Of a stretch of DNA of 61,512 bases, positions 46,549 through 60,344 are shown piece after piece (within the stretch, counting starts at the first letter, position 1; every line of letters begins with the position of its first letter). Source of the DNA: Rhynchobatus australiae (taxonomy: Eukaryota); the NCBI GenBank assembly GCA_034780895.1, contig JAUZTB010000066.1, positions 5,280,375 to 5,341,886 of the forward strand. Direction: 5' to 3'. The translations under genes and the position numbers were made by a program. The notes below the pieces were generated by a model. It searched no databases, had not been told where the DNA came from, and saw only the letters and a program-made list of their open reading frames with translations.

Positions 46549-49500
46549 GATCAGATCATCACTGGCAGAATGGGAAATGATCAACTGACCAACAAGAGTA
46601 ACGATTTGCTAGTAGACATTGTTTATATTTATGTATTGTCTGAACAATAATATTTCAATATTAACTTTGGTAGACTGATGAATATTGTTATTAGCTTTTT
46701 ACTAATTTGTAATTCTAGGTACATCTGTTTTTCAAAGTCTGGTTATAGATTTTAGTCTCGCAGTGTTTCTGTTGAGTACGTGGAGCTCTGCATTGCTGTG
46801 TGGGGGTGGGGGAGAATAATTAGGGGAAATGTTTAGAATTACATGATGAATGAGTTTAAAAATGCAGTGCAAATCTCTTAAAGCTTGTTGGCTTTAGTAT
46901 GTGTTTATTCCTTTAGTGTTTTGATATGAATGGTGCAAGTTAGTGGCATATATGCTGACTAAGTCATTGAAAATATTATGCTGTGCTGAATAATCATGGA
47001 ATAATTATGTTAATGCTTCAATCTTGTTCTTTTTTCTTTTACATCCTTTGTGTTTCCACTCTTTTTGGTGGAAATGTATCAATCTGCCAATGCATTTAAT
47101 CAAGTTTTGAAAATCCTTATGGATGTTTGATTCCATTAATCTAATAAACTACCTGTATCTATTGTCTGGTCCCTACCTGGATGTCCTTTTAAGGTGTTTT
47201 TATTGAAGTGTTGCTTTCTTTGTCTCATGGCAACAGTGACAAAAATTGGAGCTTGGAGAATTTGCAGAACTAAAATACATCAAGCTGCAGTTGGTGTGGT
47301 GTTGGGCAATTTCAGAAGACAATCTGAGCTTAGATGTCATGGCTTGTTTTCTGTACAACGTCTGTTGTTCCTAGATTCACTAGTGCTGCAATTTTGATAG
47401 CTTTGGACATTAATGCATTTGGTCACTTCTGCTAAAGAACAGTATGGTTTATAAATGCATATTTAGTACAATATAACATTCCAACAAATTCTGCTCGAGT
47501 ATACACAAGCAAATTTTTGTTCAATGGCTGTTATTTGCAGCTGCAGATCTTAATGCTGTGCCTGCTCACAATTGGAAACTTAGTGCAATGAATTTTACTT
47601 TTGGTATGAGTTCAACACATTTGCTCAGCTCTAAAATTATGGCAAAAGTCCATGGTTGTGCTTTGACTCCTGCTGTGTTGATGAGGATGTTCAGTTGTAA
47701 TTCCTTTTATCAGAATAGTGTAGCCTATCTGACCCATGATGCTTCCTGCAGTTTATTTGTAGGCATTTCATCTGCATGATTTCTGTTTTTATAAGTGGAT
47801 CTAAGAGGAAATCCGTCAATTAGTAGTCCTTTTTAATTATTACCATTTGTGTTGCACAAATTGTCCATGCTTTTTCCAGCAACTAAACAATAGCAATGAA
47901 ATTGTCTATCTGCAAAATAATTAGCATCAAGTTCCAGACTTGCATGTTATATTTAAACACCAATATAGGAATTGAATTGGTGCTGACATATTTTAAAAAA
48001 AACTTTCAACCACTTCCTCAGTTTGGTCACTTACTTTAGTATGGTATTTTATTGAGGGGGGGTGGTGTGCAGAGCACAACTGCTGCATAGAGCCTGAGAC
48101 TAATTATGACTGTCTAGTTTAAATCACTCCTAAATTGAAGTGTAGTTTTTGTGGGAAGCTATATTTTTAATATATGGCTCAAGGAGTTTGCTGTTGTTTT
48201 CCTGATGCNNNNNNNNNNNNNNNNNNNNNNNNNNNNNNNNNNNNNNNNNNNNNNNNNNNNNNNNNNNNNNNNNNNNNNNNNNNNNNNNNNNNNNNNNNNN
48301 NNNNNNNNNNNNNNNNNNNNNNNNNNNNNNNNNNNNNNNNNNNNNNNNNNNNNNNNNNNNNNNNNNNNNNNNNNNNNNNNNNNNNNNNNNNNNNNNNNNN
48401 NNNNNNNNNNNNNNNNNNNNNNNNNNNNNNNNNNNNNNNNNNNNNNNNNNNNNNNNNNNNNNNNNNNNNNNNNNNNNNNNNNNNNNNNNNNNNNNNNNNN
48501 NNNNNNNNNNNNNNNNNNNNNNNNNNNNNNNNNNNNNNNNNNNNNNNNNNNNNNNNNNNNNNNNNNNNNNNNNNNNNNNNNNNNNNNNNNNNNNNNNNNN
48601 NNNNNNNNNNNNNNNNNNNNNNNNNNNNNNNNNNNNNNNNNNNNNNNNNNNNNNNNNNNNNNNNNNNNNNNNNNNNNNNNNNNNNNNNNNNNNNNNNNNN
48701 NNNNNNNNNNNNNNNNNNNNNNNNNNNNNNNNNNNNNNNNNNNNNNNNNNNNNNNNNNNNNNNNNNNNNNNNNNNNNNNNNNNNNNNNNNNNNNNNNNNN
48801 NNNNNNNNNNNNNNNNNNNNNNNNNNNNNNNNNNNNNNNNNNNNNNNNNNNNNNNNNNNNNAAGGGGAAAAAAAGTGTAGAAGCTGTTGAAATGCTGCAG
48901 TGCCAGAAGTGCCTATTAAATATCTTCAAGTGAAGGTTAAAGATCCCATGGAACTATTTTAAAGAGCAAGGGAATTGTCCTGATGTGTTAGTAAATATTT
49001 TGCATTCAACTAACACTTAAAACAGACTAGCTGGTCATTCATTTTATTGCTGTTGAGATCTTCTTTGCAAGATGCTGTATTTTTTTGGATGCCATGACAG
49101 TGACAGCCTTGTAGAGGCATTTGGTTGTAAAACATTCTGAGATCCTTGAGTCAAAGGTGCTAAATACAAAATCTTTTGGCTGTGATATTCTGGACTTTGG
49201 GATATGTAATAGGACTGCTTTTTGTTCTTCTGGATATTGTATGATCTCCATTGTAATGGTCAAATATCATTTGTATATAATCATAAGTGTAAAAAGTTGT
49301 TTGTACCCATTGCTCTAGATTATAAGGTCTAGGCATTAACATTTTTCATTGTTTCCCTTTTTAGTGAGTTGATGCTAATATAAACCATATTTTTGGAAGT
49401 GAGCTTGGGTCATTTTTGGTTTTGATTTTGCTCAGACAAGTACATTTGTTCAGAGTTAATTTTCTAGGTGGTAGGAGTGGCTGTGAAAATGGGAGAGAAC

Positions 49501-50099
49501 CGGGTAGAGTTAAGTCAAAGACAATCTAACAAGATTCCATAATAAAGTCAAGCACTAGGCAGACTGTCTTAGTCATTCAAAATACTGAATATAACATGTT
49601 TTGAAATCACTGACTTCCCAAATTAAACATTTTCAAATGTACATAATTGACTTTGAAGTGCTTTGGGACATCCATCCTGAGATTGCTATGTGACCTTTCT
49701 TTTGTGTTTTGTTTTAGGCTGTCTGTTTGGCAGTTCCTGGGTAGTTTCCAGATAATCCTGCTGCAGCTTGACATTCTCTCCATCCTTCAGTAAGAATCAT
49801 GACCTCAACATACTTTATCATAAACCTAGCTATGAAGTGCCCTTTTAACAATTTCAACTGTTTTCCCCATTTTTGTACTTTGTCAAGATGAGGGATGTTA
49901 ATATTGGGAATTGAAGTACTTGATCACCTTGGCAGCCATTATTCATATTGAGCATGCCCATTTCAGGTGTAGCATGAGGCTTAGGAGAGCTTTGATCTAT
50001 CACCAAGTTTCATCCATTTTATTATTACCTACCTGAGAGGAATTGATGCAAGCCTGATCCCTTATTTTTAAATGTTGTATGTGTCTTGTCACACTAAAA

Positions 50100-50620
50100 G
50101 TATAATTCAGTAAGTTTGCAGATGATGCAAAGGTTGGCATTGTTGTGCAGAGTGAAGAAGATTGTCTGAAGCTACAGTAGGATATAGATCATATGGAATG
50201 TTGAACAGCTAGATGGAATTTCCTCTTGACAAGTCTGAGGTGATGCATTTTGGGAAGACAAAAGGGTTGTAAGAATACGGTAAATGATAGGGCACTAAGT
50301 GCTGACGAACTGAAATCTTTGGGTTCAAGTCCATAGCTCCCTAAAGGTGGCAAGATGGGTAGATTGGGTGGCGAAGAAGACATTATGGCATGTTTGCCTT
50401 TATAGGTCAGGACAGCAGATATAAAAGTTGTGTTGCAAGTTTACAATACACTGGTTATGCTGCATTTGGAGTATTGGGTGTAGTTCTGATTAGATGTTTT
50501 TGCTGAAGAGAGTATGGAGATGATTCATCAGGATGTTGCTTGGATGGGAGGATTTTAGTTATAAGGAGAGATCAGAAAGGCTGGGCTTGTTTTCCCTGGA
50601 GTAAAGGAAGCAAAGAGTTC
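50100..50620 (+). mobile_element. Decayed CR1-like LINE RT fragment
   Basis: agtaagtttgcagatgatgcaaaggttggc encodes SKFADDAKVG, the RT catalytic motif; colinear with ~60985-61500. Confidence 0.85.
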
Positions 50621-51199
50621 CCCTCTGAATAAATGTGCTTATAATTTTGTTAATTTGATACCTTTTCATTTTTCTCCAAACATAACATTAGAATATGGGT
50701 GCATTCATTCTGGGGATTTTTGGCATGACCTTTTGTATAAATGTACTGTTGGTATTCCTTCACTCACCTGGACTGTGTACTTGGAAAATGTTTCTATTAT
50801 CTTAAGGAAAAGATGGGAATATGTATTTTGGTGCAGTTCTATGGGTGGAGGATTGCACACTGGTAGTGAAAAATAGATTCATAAATCAAGGATACGTACT
50901 CTTAAAGTTGCTGGTGTTATAAATTGAAATCTAAATAATAAACGAGTTAGCAAAATCTATTTACATACAATAAGTATCAAAACAAAAATATTTCCTTCAT
51001 TGTCTATAGGACAGAATTTAACTTACTGTAAATAAAAATGTACAGGTGGGTCATTGCTTTTCTATCAGATTGGATTGCAATCTAAACTTAAAGCATGAAT
51101 GGTTCTCTTGACAGTTATCTTCATTTTGCAAGTGATTTTTTTTTGTTTTTGGAACTTGCAATCAGGGTGCATTTTTAGGAAGTGATGGTAATTTTGATG

Positions 51200-51288
51200 C
51201 TCAGGTACTGGAACCCTATCGATATTGCCTCTGCTTTGTAGATAGCTGTGAGTAGTGCAATATTGCTTATAGGGTTTCAGTGTTTGGG
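51200..51288 (+). ncRNA. MIR454: pre-miR-454
   Basis: 5p ACCCTATCGATATTGCCTCTGC (51213-51234) and 3p TAGTGCAATATTGCTTATAGGGT (51253-51275) form a hairpin; known SKA2-intronic miRNA. Confidence 0.96.
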
Positions 51289-54200
51289 AATTGCAGCAAA
51301 ATGGTTTACACAACATCGGTGAGTAGAAACTNNNNNNNNNNTGAGTATTTACATCAGTGCAGTTTTGCAAGCACAGATTGAAGGAGAATTCAGGGAAATG
51401 TGTGCCACTAAGCTGTGCAGTCATTTTGTAACTCATTTGCTTACTGCAGTCAGTAGCTCCAATCTTTGCACTTGCTGCAACCTTACCAAATGGTTTGTCA
51501 TTAAATATGAATGACCTGTTACTCTGCTATATTGTTTGTCATCAAGATGTCAAATTTTGATTCATCTGCCTTGCTGTGAATGATCAAAGCACCAAAATGG
51601 TGCTGCCATTTGGTGACAGTACTGTAAAGGAGAAAATTGTACCCATGTATCCATGACAAAAAAGATTTGGTCTGTGGAAAATGTGGTTGAGATCTGATGT
51701 ACTTGTGGTGGGATGATGATCCTATGCTACATTTCCATTTGGTAGAAATAGGAAGTGCTGATTACTTGCTCAAATGATTTCAAGTGAACTTCTGCAGGTG
51801 GTGTTTGTAACTTCCAATCTTTAGGACCCACATCCACTTGAAAGGATGGTTCAAATTAGCTGCCACAGTGCATGTTTCTAATTGAATTTGAGAGTTCAGT
51901 GGTGATAAAATATCTATTCCTTTACTGGTGACAACATTATTTGCATTTGAATACGTGTGGATCTGTGTGTTACATTTTGCAAACTGATGTTGCGAGCATT
52001 TTTTTGTACTGGCAGTGAATGCTAGTGAACTGTTGCCATTAATATAGTGTTTAATAGCCAGGTGTCCTTATTGGTCCCACAAATAGCAATAATGACCAGA
52101 GCCTCTGATCTGGTGATGGTGAATTGAACACCATTTCAAAGAGTGTCAGAGATCCTTTTTGTGCATTTAGAGGCACATGGAGCATTTTTGCTTAACATCT
52201 TCTCTGAAAGGCAGCACCTTACAAATATGCAGCATTCTTTCAGTACTACTGCTCAATATAATTAGATTGTGCTTATTAAATCACTGAAAAGCAGATTAAG
52301 CTTATAGCTTTTCTCTTTTGGAATGAGAGCAAATACTGATCTGAGGTTCATGATTTGGTCTTTAGAGAAGTAGTAGGAATGCTTGTATTATTTCCCAAGA
52401 ATGTGCAGTGATATTTTGAAGCCCCATGTTTAATGGTTTGTTTAGCTGAAAATGTTAAGTGGCACAGCATGAGTTTTGGTAGTGTGGCATTCAATGCTAC
52501 ACTGCCTATTCTTTAATGGAAGTTGATCTCAAAATCCAGGCCCTGGTATTGTGCATGTTATCTGTTTCCAAAAAGTCTCTCCACTTGGCTCTTTTGGAGA
52601 GAAGAGCATAGGATCACCTTGTTATTAGATTCCTCTGAAGAGGACATTCCAGAAGCAGAAGCTGACCTGTCACAGCATGTTTCATCTTATTTTGGTTATT
52701 TGTCACTTCTATATTGAAGAACAAACCTGCTCAACTGGTTCGGAGGTTGCATTAAATCCAGAAGGGATGAGTATTTTCTGTTGTAATCTGAGTGGAGCAG
52801 ATTAAGTTTGCTCTTGGTGAACTCTTGTGCGAGATCTTGTGTCGGGGTAAACAACACTAATGTAAAAATAGAACAATGCAAGTGTTTTTGGGAAGCACGG
52901 CAAGGAATCTTCCAAATTAATTGAAGCCTTAAATTGGGAAAACATTGGATTGTCGAGACTGCTCTTGCTTTGTGGTTTTATCCATTTGAACAGCAAAACT
53001 TCGGTAACATTATTCCCCCTTGCATCGTTTGAAGAGATCTGGTTTTCAATTTCAAACAATAATTGGATCAGCCCTGAACATTTGGTCTTCTAAAAGCACT
53101 AACTTTTTTTTTTGAATAATTGAACATTACTGAATAATTTATACTGTGCATTTTGCAGATCCCAAGAAGAGCAACATAAATGGTTTTGTGTGATTAAAGA
53201 ATGAGATTTCCTGTTCATGAATATCACAATGTAATAAAGTTGATCTGTGTTAACTATTTCTACAGCTTCTATAAAACTTGGTTAAAATCAGTAATTATTA
53301 AGAGCCTTGGTTTGTTTAAGAGTTTACAGGTGCTGTATCAATAGAAGTTGTTTTGCTTATGCAGTAATGAGTACGTCATTGAACTAATTTAAATGCATGA
53401 GTTAAAATTTCTTTGGTATTGATTAGTTTTAATTAGCATCCTGTGTGGCAATAGATGACCTATTCAGAGTTATTAGGCTGTCCTTCAGCAAGAAAGACCT
53501 GGAGATAGTGGTTTTGTTAACTGGTAGGTCAACAAACTAATTGAACGTGCAACAATGTTTCCTAAGTTACTGCTTCACTTTCTAAATGTGTAATTATGGT
53601 GCAGTGTTCAAATCAGTCTTGTCATAACTAATCCCACGCTTGTGGTTCAGTTACCATGCTGCTTGTTTGAGGAGTTTGTAAAGTGGATCTGTTTTGCATC
53701 TTTCTGATGCTCAAGCCAATGCATCAAGAAAACTACTTTCCTAGCATTAGTCTATATCTATTTTTTCATCATGCCATTCATCACAACTGAATAGTCTCAC
53801 CTTGCCCTTTAGGGCTATTTACTCGAGTCATAAGATTTGAGTTTCAAGCCCACTGTAGGATCTGAGCATGTGATTTGGACAGGAGTTGTTAAATGGGGAA
53901 TGGATGTTGGCCTTTAGGTGCATCCTCTGGAGTAGTTATTTAAATAGTATCATGGGATCTATTGTAGCCATCTGAGTGGTCACACCAGACCTTTGTTTCT
54001 TTTCTCTCTGTTATCCAAAGAGATGCCACCTTTGACAGTGCTGCACTAAAGTGTCTGGCTGAGTTGTGTGCTTCTGTCCCAGAATCTTGTTTCCACCATT
54101 GGTTTCATGTTGACAATGCAATAATTGGCTAAGGCTGATGATTAAGTTCAAGGAATCCTGGGGCAGGGTGGGGTTCTCAATGGCTGGATGGGCAGAGTGC

Positions 54201-57179
54201 ACGTTGCTGACATTTTGGAGCGTGTTTTTCAAATGGATGGGNNNNNNNNNNNNNNNNNNNNNNNNNNNNNNNNNNNNNNNNNNNNNNNNNNNNNNNNNNN
54301 NNNNNNNNNNNNNNNNNNNNNNNNNNNNNNNNNNNNNNNNNGACATGTGAAACTCTGTCTGAGGTTTACCTACATTAGCCCAAAAATATTTTTATGGAAA
54401 ATAATGAAAATAGATTTTGGCCTCAATGGTTTCCTGTTTTTCTGGAAGAGGAAATCTCAGCTCAAAGCAATGAATGGTTTTAATTTCATTCTTGGACTCT
54501 TTTATTTGGAATGGACCAAGCAATGTACATTTTGCTTGAATACCCATCTTGATCCTTCTGCTGCCCAGGACTCTGGATCTGGGATTTTGAAGAACATTCA
54601 GACAAAATGATGGCTAACATTGACCCTCAGGTTTATAAACATTTCCATCATATTAATGACGACAAATGTCTGGAAATTCATCACCAAACCCAAGTGTCAG
54701 CTTAGGCCAATTATTGTATTTTCAAATGAAGCAGATTGAAGTAGCATGGTTCATTTGAGGACAGGATCATGGTTTTTATTTCAATTGACTACTTAACATC
54801 GCTCCCTTTTGTGTTTAAAATGCTGCTTTTCAGAAATTGAAATCTCAAAGAATATTGTGGAAATCTTTGCAACTTTAATGATAGGATGTAAATATGGAAA
54901 TCTGTCCAATTGCATGGGCTTGCAGTCCTGAAGGGATCAAATGTGTTAATACTGCATCTTGGTTATACTTCGTAAATTGGTAGTGTTTCTGACCCCAGTG
55001 ATATCCTTTGATCATCTTTCATGCTTAATATTAATATTTCTTAATTCTGCATCTTCTGCAAGAAGATTAAGCTATTGAAGAATCTGTGCATGAGAGATTC
55101 TGAAAGAACTCTTGAAGTTTGTACAGTCAAAAAAGAAATGCTACTGATGTTGTGTTTCTGTAGTTCTTGTCTATCAAAAACCAAGAGTTATCCTTCACCT
55201 TGATCTTTCTTGCTACAAATTTGTGTACTGTGTGTACTTTCATTCAAAAGTTCTCAGAATGACATCATTCTTCACCTCTCTAGATCTCCTGTGGGATAAT
55301 ATTGTGAAGTCCTCTTGACTTTGCTTCGGGATAATACCAAAAGCAGATTCTAGAAGTAGAGAACATGAACAATTCTTTTCTTTCCTCTTATTCCCTGACT
55401 GAAAATTCTTTGCAAGCACAAAATATGAGATAACAGGTGCATGATGAACATGGTGCCACCAATTTCAAAAATCTGTTCTGGGTCTTGATGTGCAGTGACA
55501 TCAAATGGTCTGCTTCTGTATTAGTTACGAGGACTAGCCTTGCATGACTTGCGAATGTGGTAGGGGTTTTAGGAGTTTTAAATTTTGGTGGATAGCAGAA
55601 TGTCTTGCACGGGCATCGTACGTGTCAAAACATGGCTGTCAATGAACCTTGCACAAACCCTTTTTCTCTCTCGCCCTTCCTCCCTCCACTCACATTCTTC
55701 TCTCCCACTACCCCCATAATCTCTGCTTAAGATTTACTAAGTTTAAAGGACTGACACCTTGTTGGGTGTAGTTCTTCAGATGCCACTAACTCTCTCTTCA
55801 CCAAATTTGGCTCTCAAGTTCATGTACTCTCAAGAGTAAGTTAATGACAGTCAGCCCCATGCTAGTGTTGGCTGTATCCCAGTTTGTAGTCAGAAGTTGT
55901 TCACATCCCACACCCAAGGCTTGAGCACAAAGTTAAGCTGCATTTCAGTGTTTTAATATCACAGATTACTCTCTCCTTGGATTAAACGTTTAAACTCCCA
56001 TCTCAAGTAAATATAAAAAAAATTGCTTTCAAAGAGGAAACATGGGGATGCTCATTACTGATTTTAGCTAGTCCATATTTATGGAAGAAGTTATTGTGCA
56101 GCATGCAGTCCTTGGCAGAAGACTAATCTGAATTCAGTGATAAGGGTATACCTTTGATAATTCGTAACTTCATCATCCACTTCAAGCTTCATCCACCATC
56201 ATAGACATTGAAAACTGAAGTGCCTTCATCTCCCTGCTTTGCCGTAGAGGTCTTTTGAATTGGATTGCGTTTTGTCTGGAGGGGNNNNNNNNNNNNNNNN
56301 NNNNNNNNNNNNNNNNNNNNNNNNNNNNNNNNNNNNNNNNNNNNNNNNNNNNNNNNNNNNNNNNNNNNNNNNNNNNNNNNNNNNNNNNNNNNNNNNNNNN
56401 NNNNNNNNNNNNNNNNNNNNNNNNNNNNNNNNNNNNNNNNNNNNNNNNNNNNNNNNNNNNNNNNNNNNNNNNNNNNNNNNNNNNNNNNNNNNNNNNNNNN
56501 NNNNNNNNNNNNNNNNNNNNNNNNNNNNNNNNNNNNNTTCCTGGAGTACTATATCAACGCAAGCCTTTCTTGCACATTGTGCTCGCTTGCATGGTAACTA
56601 AATAGTACTTGAATTATACTCCTGCCCCAACAGAAACCAGTTTTAGACAACAGATTGAAATGCTGCAGCTTGGGTACTTCAAACTTACTGGTCCACTGGG
56701 GAGGAATTCTCCAGAATTCCCATAGAGTACTTTGCATATCAAGGGAATGTATTTTGAAGGAAAAATAGAATTTATTCACTTGGGAAAGTGTACAATTCAC
56801 AGCCTAAGTTATAGTTCTGCATATGGGAGTGAGGCACTTGGGCAGTTATTTTTTTTAAAAAAACAGGTGTTTTGAGCACAATGTTGTGACCCATAGAGGT
56901 CCATATGTTATGACAAAAGTTGTTCCTTAGGGTTTTCGGTAGTTTAAGTGCTGGCAGATGAACCACTTGTCTGGTTCCATGAATACAATTGAAGGCATTG
57001 GGCATCAACAGAAAAATGTGACTGGCAGGCACTGATGTTTTACTGACTCCCAATAAACTCATCTTGACCAATAATACCAGGAGATTCCATAACTTATTTG
57101 AGCCAGCTTAAGTTTAATAATTGTAATTTTAGATCATTGACAATGTGGTGGATATTTTAAGAACACTTTGACATTATCA

Positions 57180-58300
57180 TTTTTATTCACATCTGGGAGG
57201 AGTGTTATTCACAAAGCTAGAATTTACTGTTTCTAATTGCCTTTTGCTAAAGATGATCATGAGCTGCTATCCTGAATGTTTCTCTCCAGGTATTTTAACT
57301 ATATTGTTTGTGAGGAGACCCTGGATTTAGATTTGGCAAGGGTGAAAGAAGAGTGATACATTTCTAAGGATGTGATTTGACTGTGTATGACCTTGCCAAT
57401 GGTGGCGTCCCCATTCTACTCCTGCCCCTTGTTCTCCTTGCTTGTAGAAATAGCAATTGAGATGCGCTGTTGAAGTAGCCTTGGTGATTTACAGTGATGC
57501 ATTTTGTAAATCGGACGCATGATAGCCATGGTATTTTGGTTTTTGGGATTCAATTTTTTGGATGAATCTGATGCCAATCATGCAAGCTGATTCATGGAAA
57601 GTGTTGAGCTGCACTCATTTAGATAAGTAGAAAGTATTCTCTCATGCTAATGATCCTTGTTGAAAGTTCTGGGAATTGGGGTGAATTACACCATAGGAGG
57701 CTGAACTCCTAATCTTTTATCCATAATATTTGTGGNNNNNNNNNNNNNNNNNNNNNNNNNNNNNNNNNNNNNNNNNNNNNNNNNACAATAAGGGCAGGTG
57801 GGTAGACTCTTGGTGATGGTTGCCCATTACTTAGTGCTTGGATGGTACTTGGATAACTTTTGAGTTAACTCTATGTGCATTGGTGGTGTTGCATGCACCA
57901 ATTTCAGGTAATTTGTTTGAAAGGAGGCAATCAATGAAGGATCTTGGACACTGCAGTTGATGTACTGGAGCAGAGATGATTGACCTCCAACACTTAAAAT
58001 TACCTTTTTAATGCCAGATGTGACCAGCCAGTGGAGAGTTTTTCCTTCCTTTTCCCATTTTTGATTCCAGTTTTATCCAGGCTGTCTGATACAAAATTTG
58101 ACATTAAAGCTGCATTTAAGGGCAGTAACTTTCTCCCTATGTCTAGAATTTAGCTTTAGTCCATGTTTAGATCCAATAGTCCTGGCAAAACCCAAATTTG
58201 AGTATTGTAACCAAGTCCTGTTTGATACCTCCATTGACAGCACCTTCTGTTGCCTTGCTGCTGAGCTGATAAATGTGTTGAAACTACTCAAAAGAAACAC
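57180..58300 (-). mobile_element. Very old non-LTR retroelement remnant (family uncertain); similar to ~12030-12800
   Basis: Weak shared blocks with 12050-12600, and with the opposite-strand fragment at ~19070-19220. By-eye similarity only. Confidence 0.35.
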
Positions 58301-58991
58301 CCCCAAAAATATTGGATCCAGTCACAGCTTCTTTTCTAGTAAGTTCTTCAATGCTATAACCAGGATTTTGTCTGTGTGTGCAGTCTTTTTGGTTCTTCCA
58401 GTGCTTTCAATAAATTTTTTTAGGTGAATCAAATTGGCTTACATGATGGCAAGGAAGTGTGATGGATCATTATTGTGGCACATTTGACTATATAATTTCA
58501 ACCTCTTGTGTCACTATTTCATGGGCTGAAGTCCAGTCCCAGGTATTATGCCTGAAAATCCAGTGCACTATTAAAGGAAATCTACAAGTTTATATTAGAC
58601 CTACTATTGAATGAGGCATATAGCTGTTTTAATTGGTGTTTTGATTTCAGCTAAAGATTTGATTTGAACTATTTTTCCAGTTGCTAAATCTGTCTTGCAA
58701 ACATTGGGTTGTAATGCAACATGGTTTTAAAACTCTTTATTTTTTAAATGGCATTCCTCTCCTAAAATGCTCATGGATTTCAAGTCCTGGGATCTACTGA
58801 TGTCAACTTGAAAAGAAGTGGGTAAGTTTGAATTCTTGCTGGTCCAGTGTTTAAAACCTCTGGAGAATTGTTGGTACAAGCAGCAAGAAATTATGTGAAA
58901 CTGTAGGTAAAGATGGTGGATTGAAGGGATAGTAATGGCAGAGAAGAGGAAGCCTATTTGATATTTTTAAATGTGATTTTTTTCTTCTTTT

Positions 58992-59032
<41 letters not shown>

Positions 59033-59198
59033 NNNNNNNNNNNNNNNNNNNNNNNNNNNNNNNNNNNNNNNNNNNNNNNNNNNNNNNNNNNNNNNNNNNN
59101 NNNNNNNNNNNNNNNNNNNNNNNNNNNNNNNNTTTTTTATTTTTAAATGTTTTTTTTTTCTTCTTTTTTCCCCCCCCCCCCCCCCCCCCTCCAATTAG

Positions 59199-59288
59199 TT
59201 TGAGAAGGCAGAGTCTGATCTGGATTATATTGAACACAAACTAAAGTTTGAAATAATGAAGGAACTTCCACAGAACACTGCACAACAG
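59199..59288 (+). CDS. SKA2: SKA2 exon 2 (FEKAESDLDYIEHKLKFEIMKELPQNTAQQ)
   Basis: Polypyrimidine tract then attag|TTT...CAG|gtactg; 90 nt, phase 0 to 0; matches the F.KAESDLDYI SKA2 signature. Confidence 0.95.
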
Positions 59289-59952
59289 GTACTGAAATCG
59301 TCTTATCCAAACATCCTGGGGGAATCGTTTTTTATTTTGCTGATTTTTCTAGAGATCACTTATTTTCATTTAGCTTTATTTTGTAAATATTTTGCCTTTT
59401 CAACTGAAAAGAATTGTTCTTGTCAAATGACAATTCATTGTAAGCCTGAATCCAACAAAGTATGTCAGTTGTTTAATATGCTTTGCCGTGTTGACATGGG
59501 AGCTCTTTGGTATTTCAAAAATGGCATATTTTCATGGGCTCATGTTCTGACAAGAAACTATACTTTTTAATTGTAAAATGTCCTGAAGCAATAGCTTTAG
59601 CTGTATTATTTAATGTTATTTACATTTTTAAGTATGTATAATTGATGTGTTTGTCATCAAATTGAATGGGCAAGTTTTGTCTTTTATTAATTTGCTGCCT
59701 TTCTGTAGCCATGTGAAATCCAAAGAATTTTGAGGCAGGGAAAGTCAGCATAACTGGGGTTCCTGGTTTGGTAACGACCCAAAAGCATCAGCTCTTTATC
59801 AGACTTGATATTTTAGTTTTCCTCTCTGTATCATCTTGGGCATTCATTGTAATTTTACAATTTTGTTTGATCTTTTCATATAATTAAGGAGTGGGTAACT
59901 TTGCTTGCACTGTCTTCATAATCTTTCACAACGTTTTGAACCCATGTTTTAG

Positions 59953-60129
59953 GCAAATCCAATAAGATTGTTGGAGCAACTAAGGGTAATAAAATCACGA
60001 TATCGTGAGTTGTGCACAGAAGCGGATCTGATTGCTATAGAGCGTAAAGAATCAGTGGACCTCATACGTAAACAGCTTGCCACTACGTTGCAGTTAGTAC
60101 AAAAGCTGCAGGACCAAAGTGACCTGAAG
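59953..60129 (+). CDS. SKA2: SKA2 exon 3 (ANPIRLLEQLRVIKSRYRELC...LVQKLQDQSDLK); last exon lies beyond the window
   Basis: gttttag|GCA...AAG|gtaagt; 177 nt, phase 0 to 0; NP..LL..L..IKSRY motif. Confidence 0.95.
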
Positions 60130-60344
60130 GTAAGTTTTTGTAATCTTTTCATAAGATTTTCCTTATTCTTGGAGGAAGAAATTTTTTTGAAAAGTTGAAC
60201 TTGAGTAGGATTGTTGTCCTTGCAAAGGAGATTGAAATGACATGCAGTGATGCACAAATTTTGTGGATTTTGTATAACTTCTCAGCAGTGTGTGCACACT
60301 AAACCCATCACTGTGCTTGAAAGTAATAATCTGTTTATATAGGG

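Noticed and set aside
52647-52670. ttccagaagcagaagctgacctg resembling SKA2 exon 2 (FQKAEADL)
   Set aside because: Needs a frameshift, has no acceptor and no downstream similarity; the real exon 2 is at 59199-59288.
56562-56610. miR-130a-5p-like 'cacattgtgct'
   Set aside because: No CAGTGCAA 3p arm follows and no hairpin forms.
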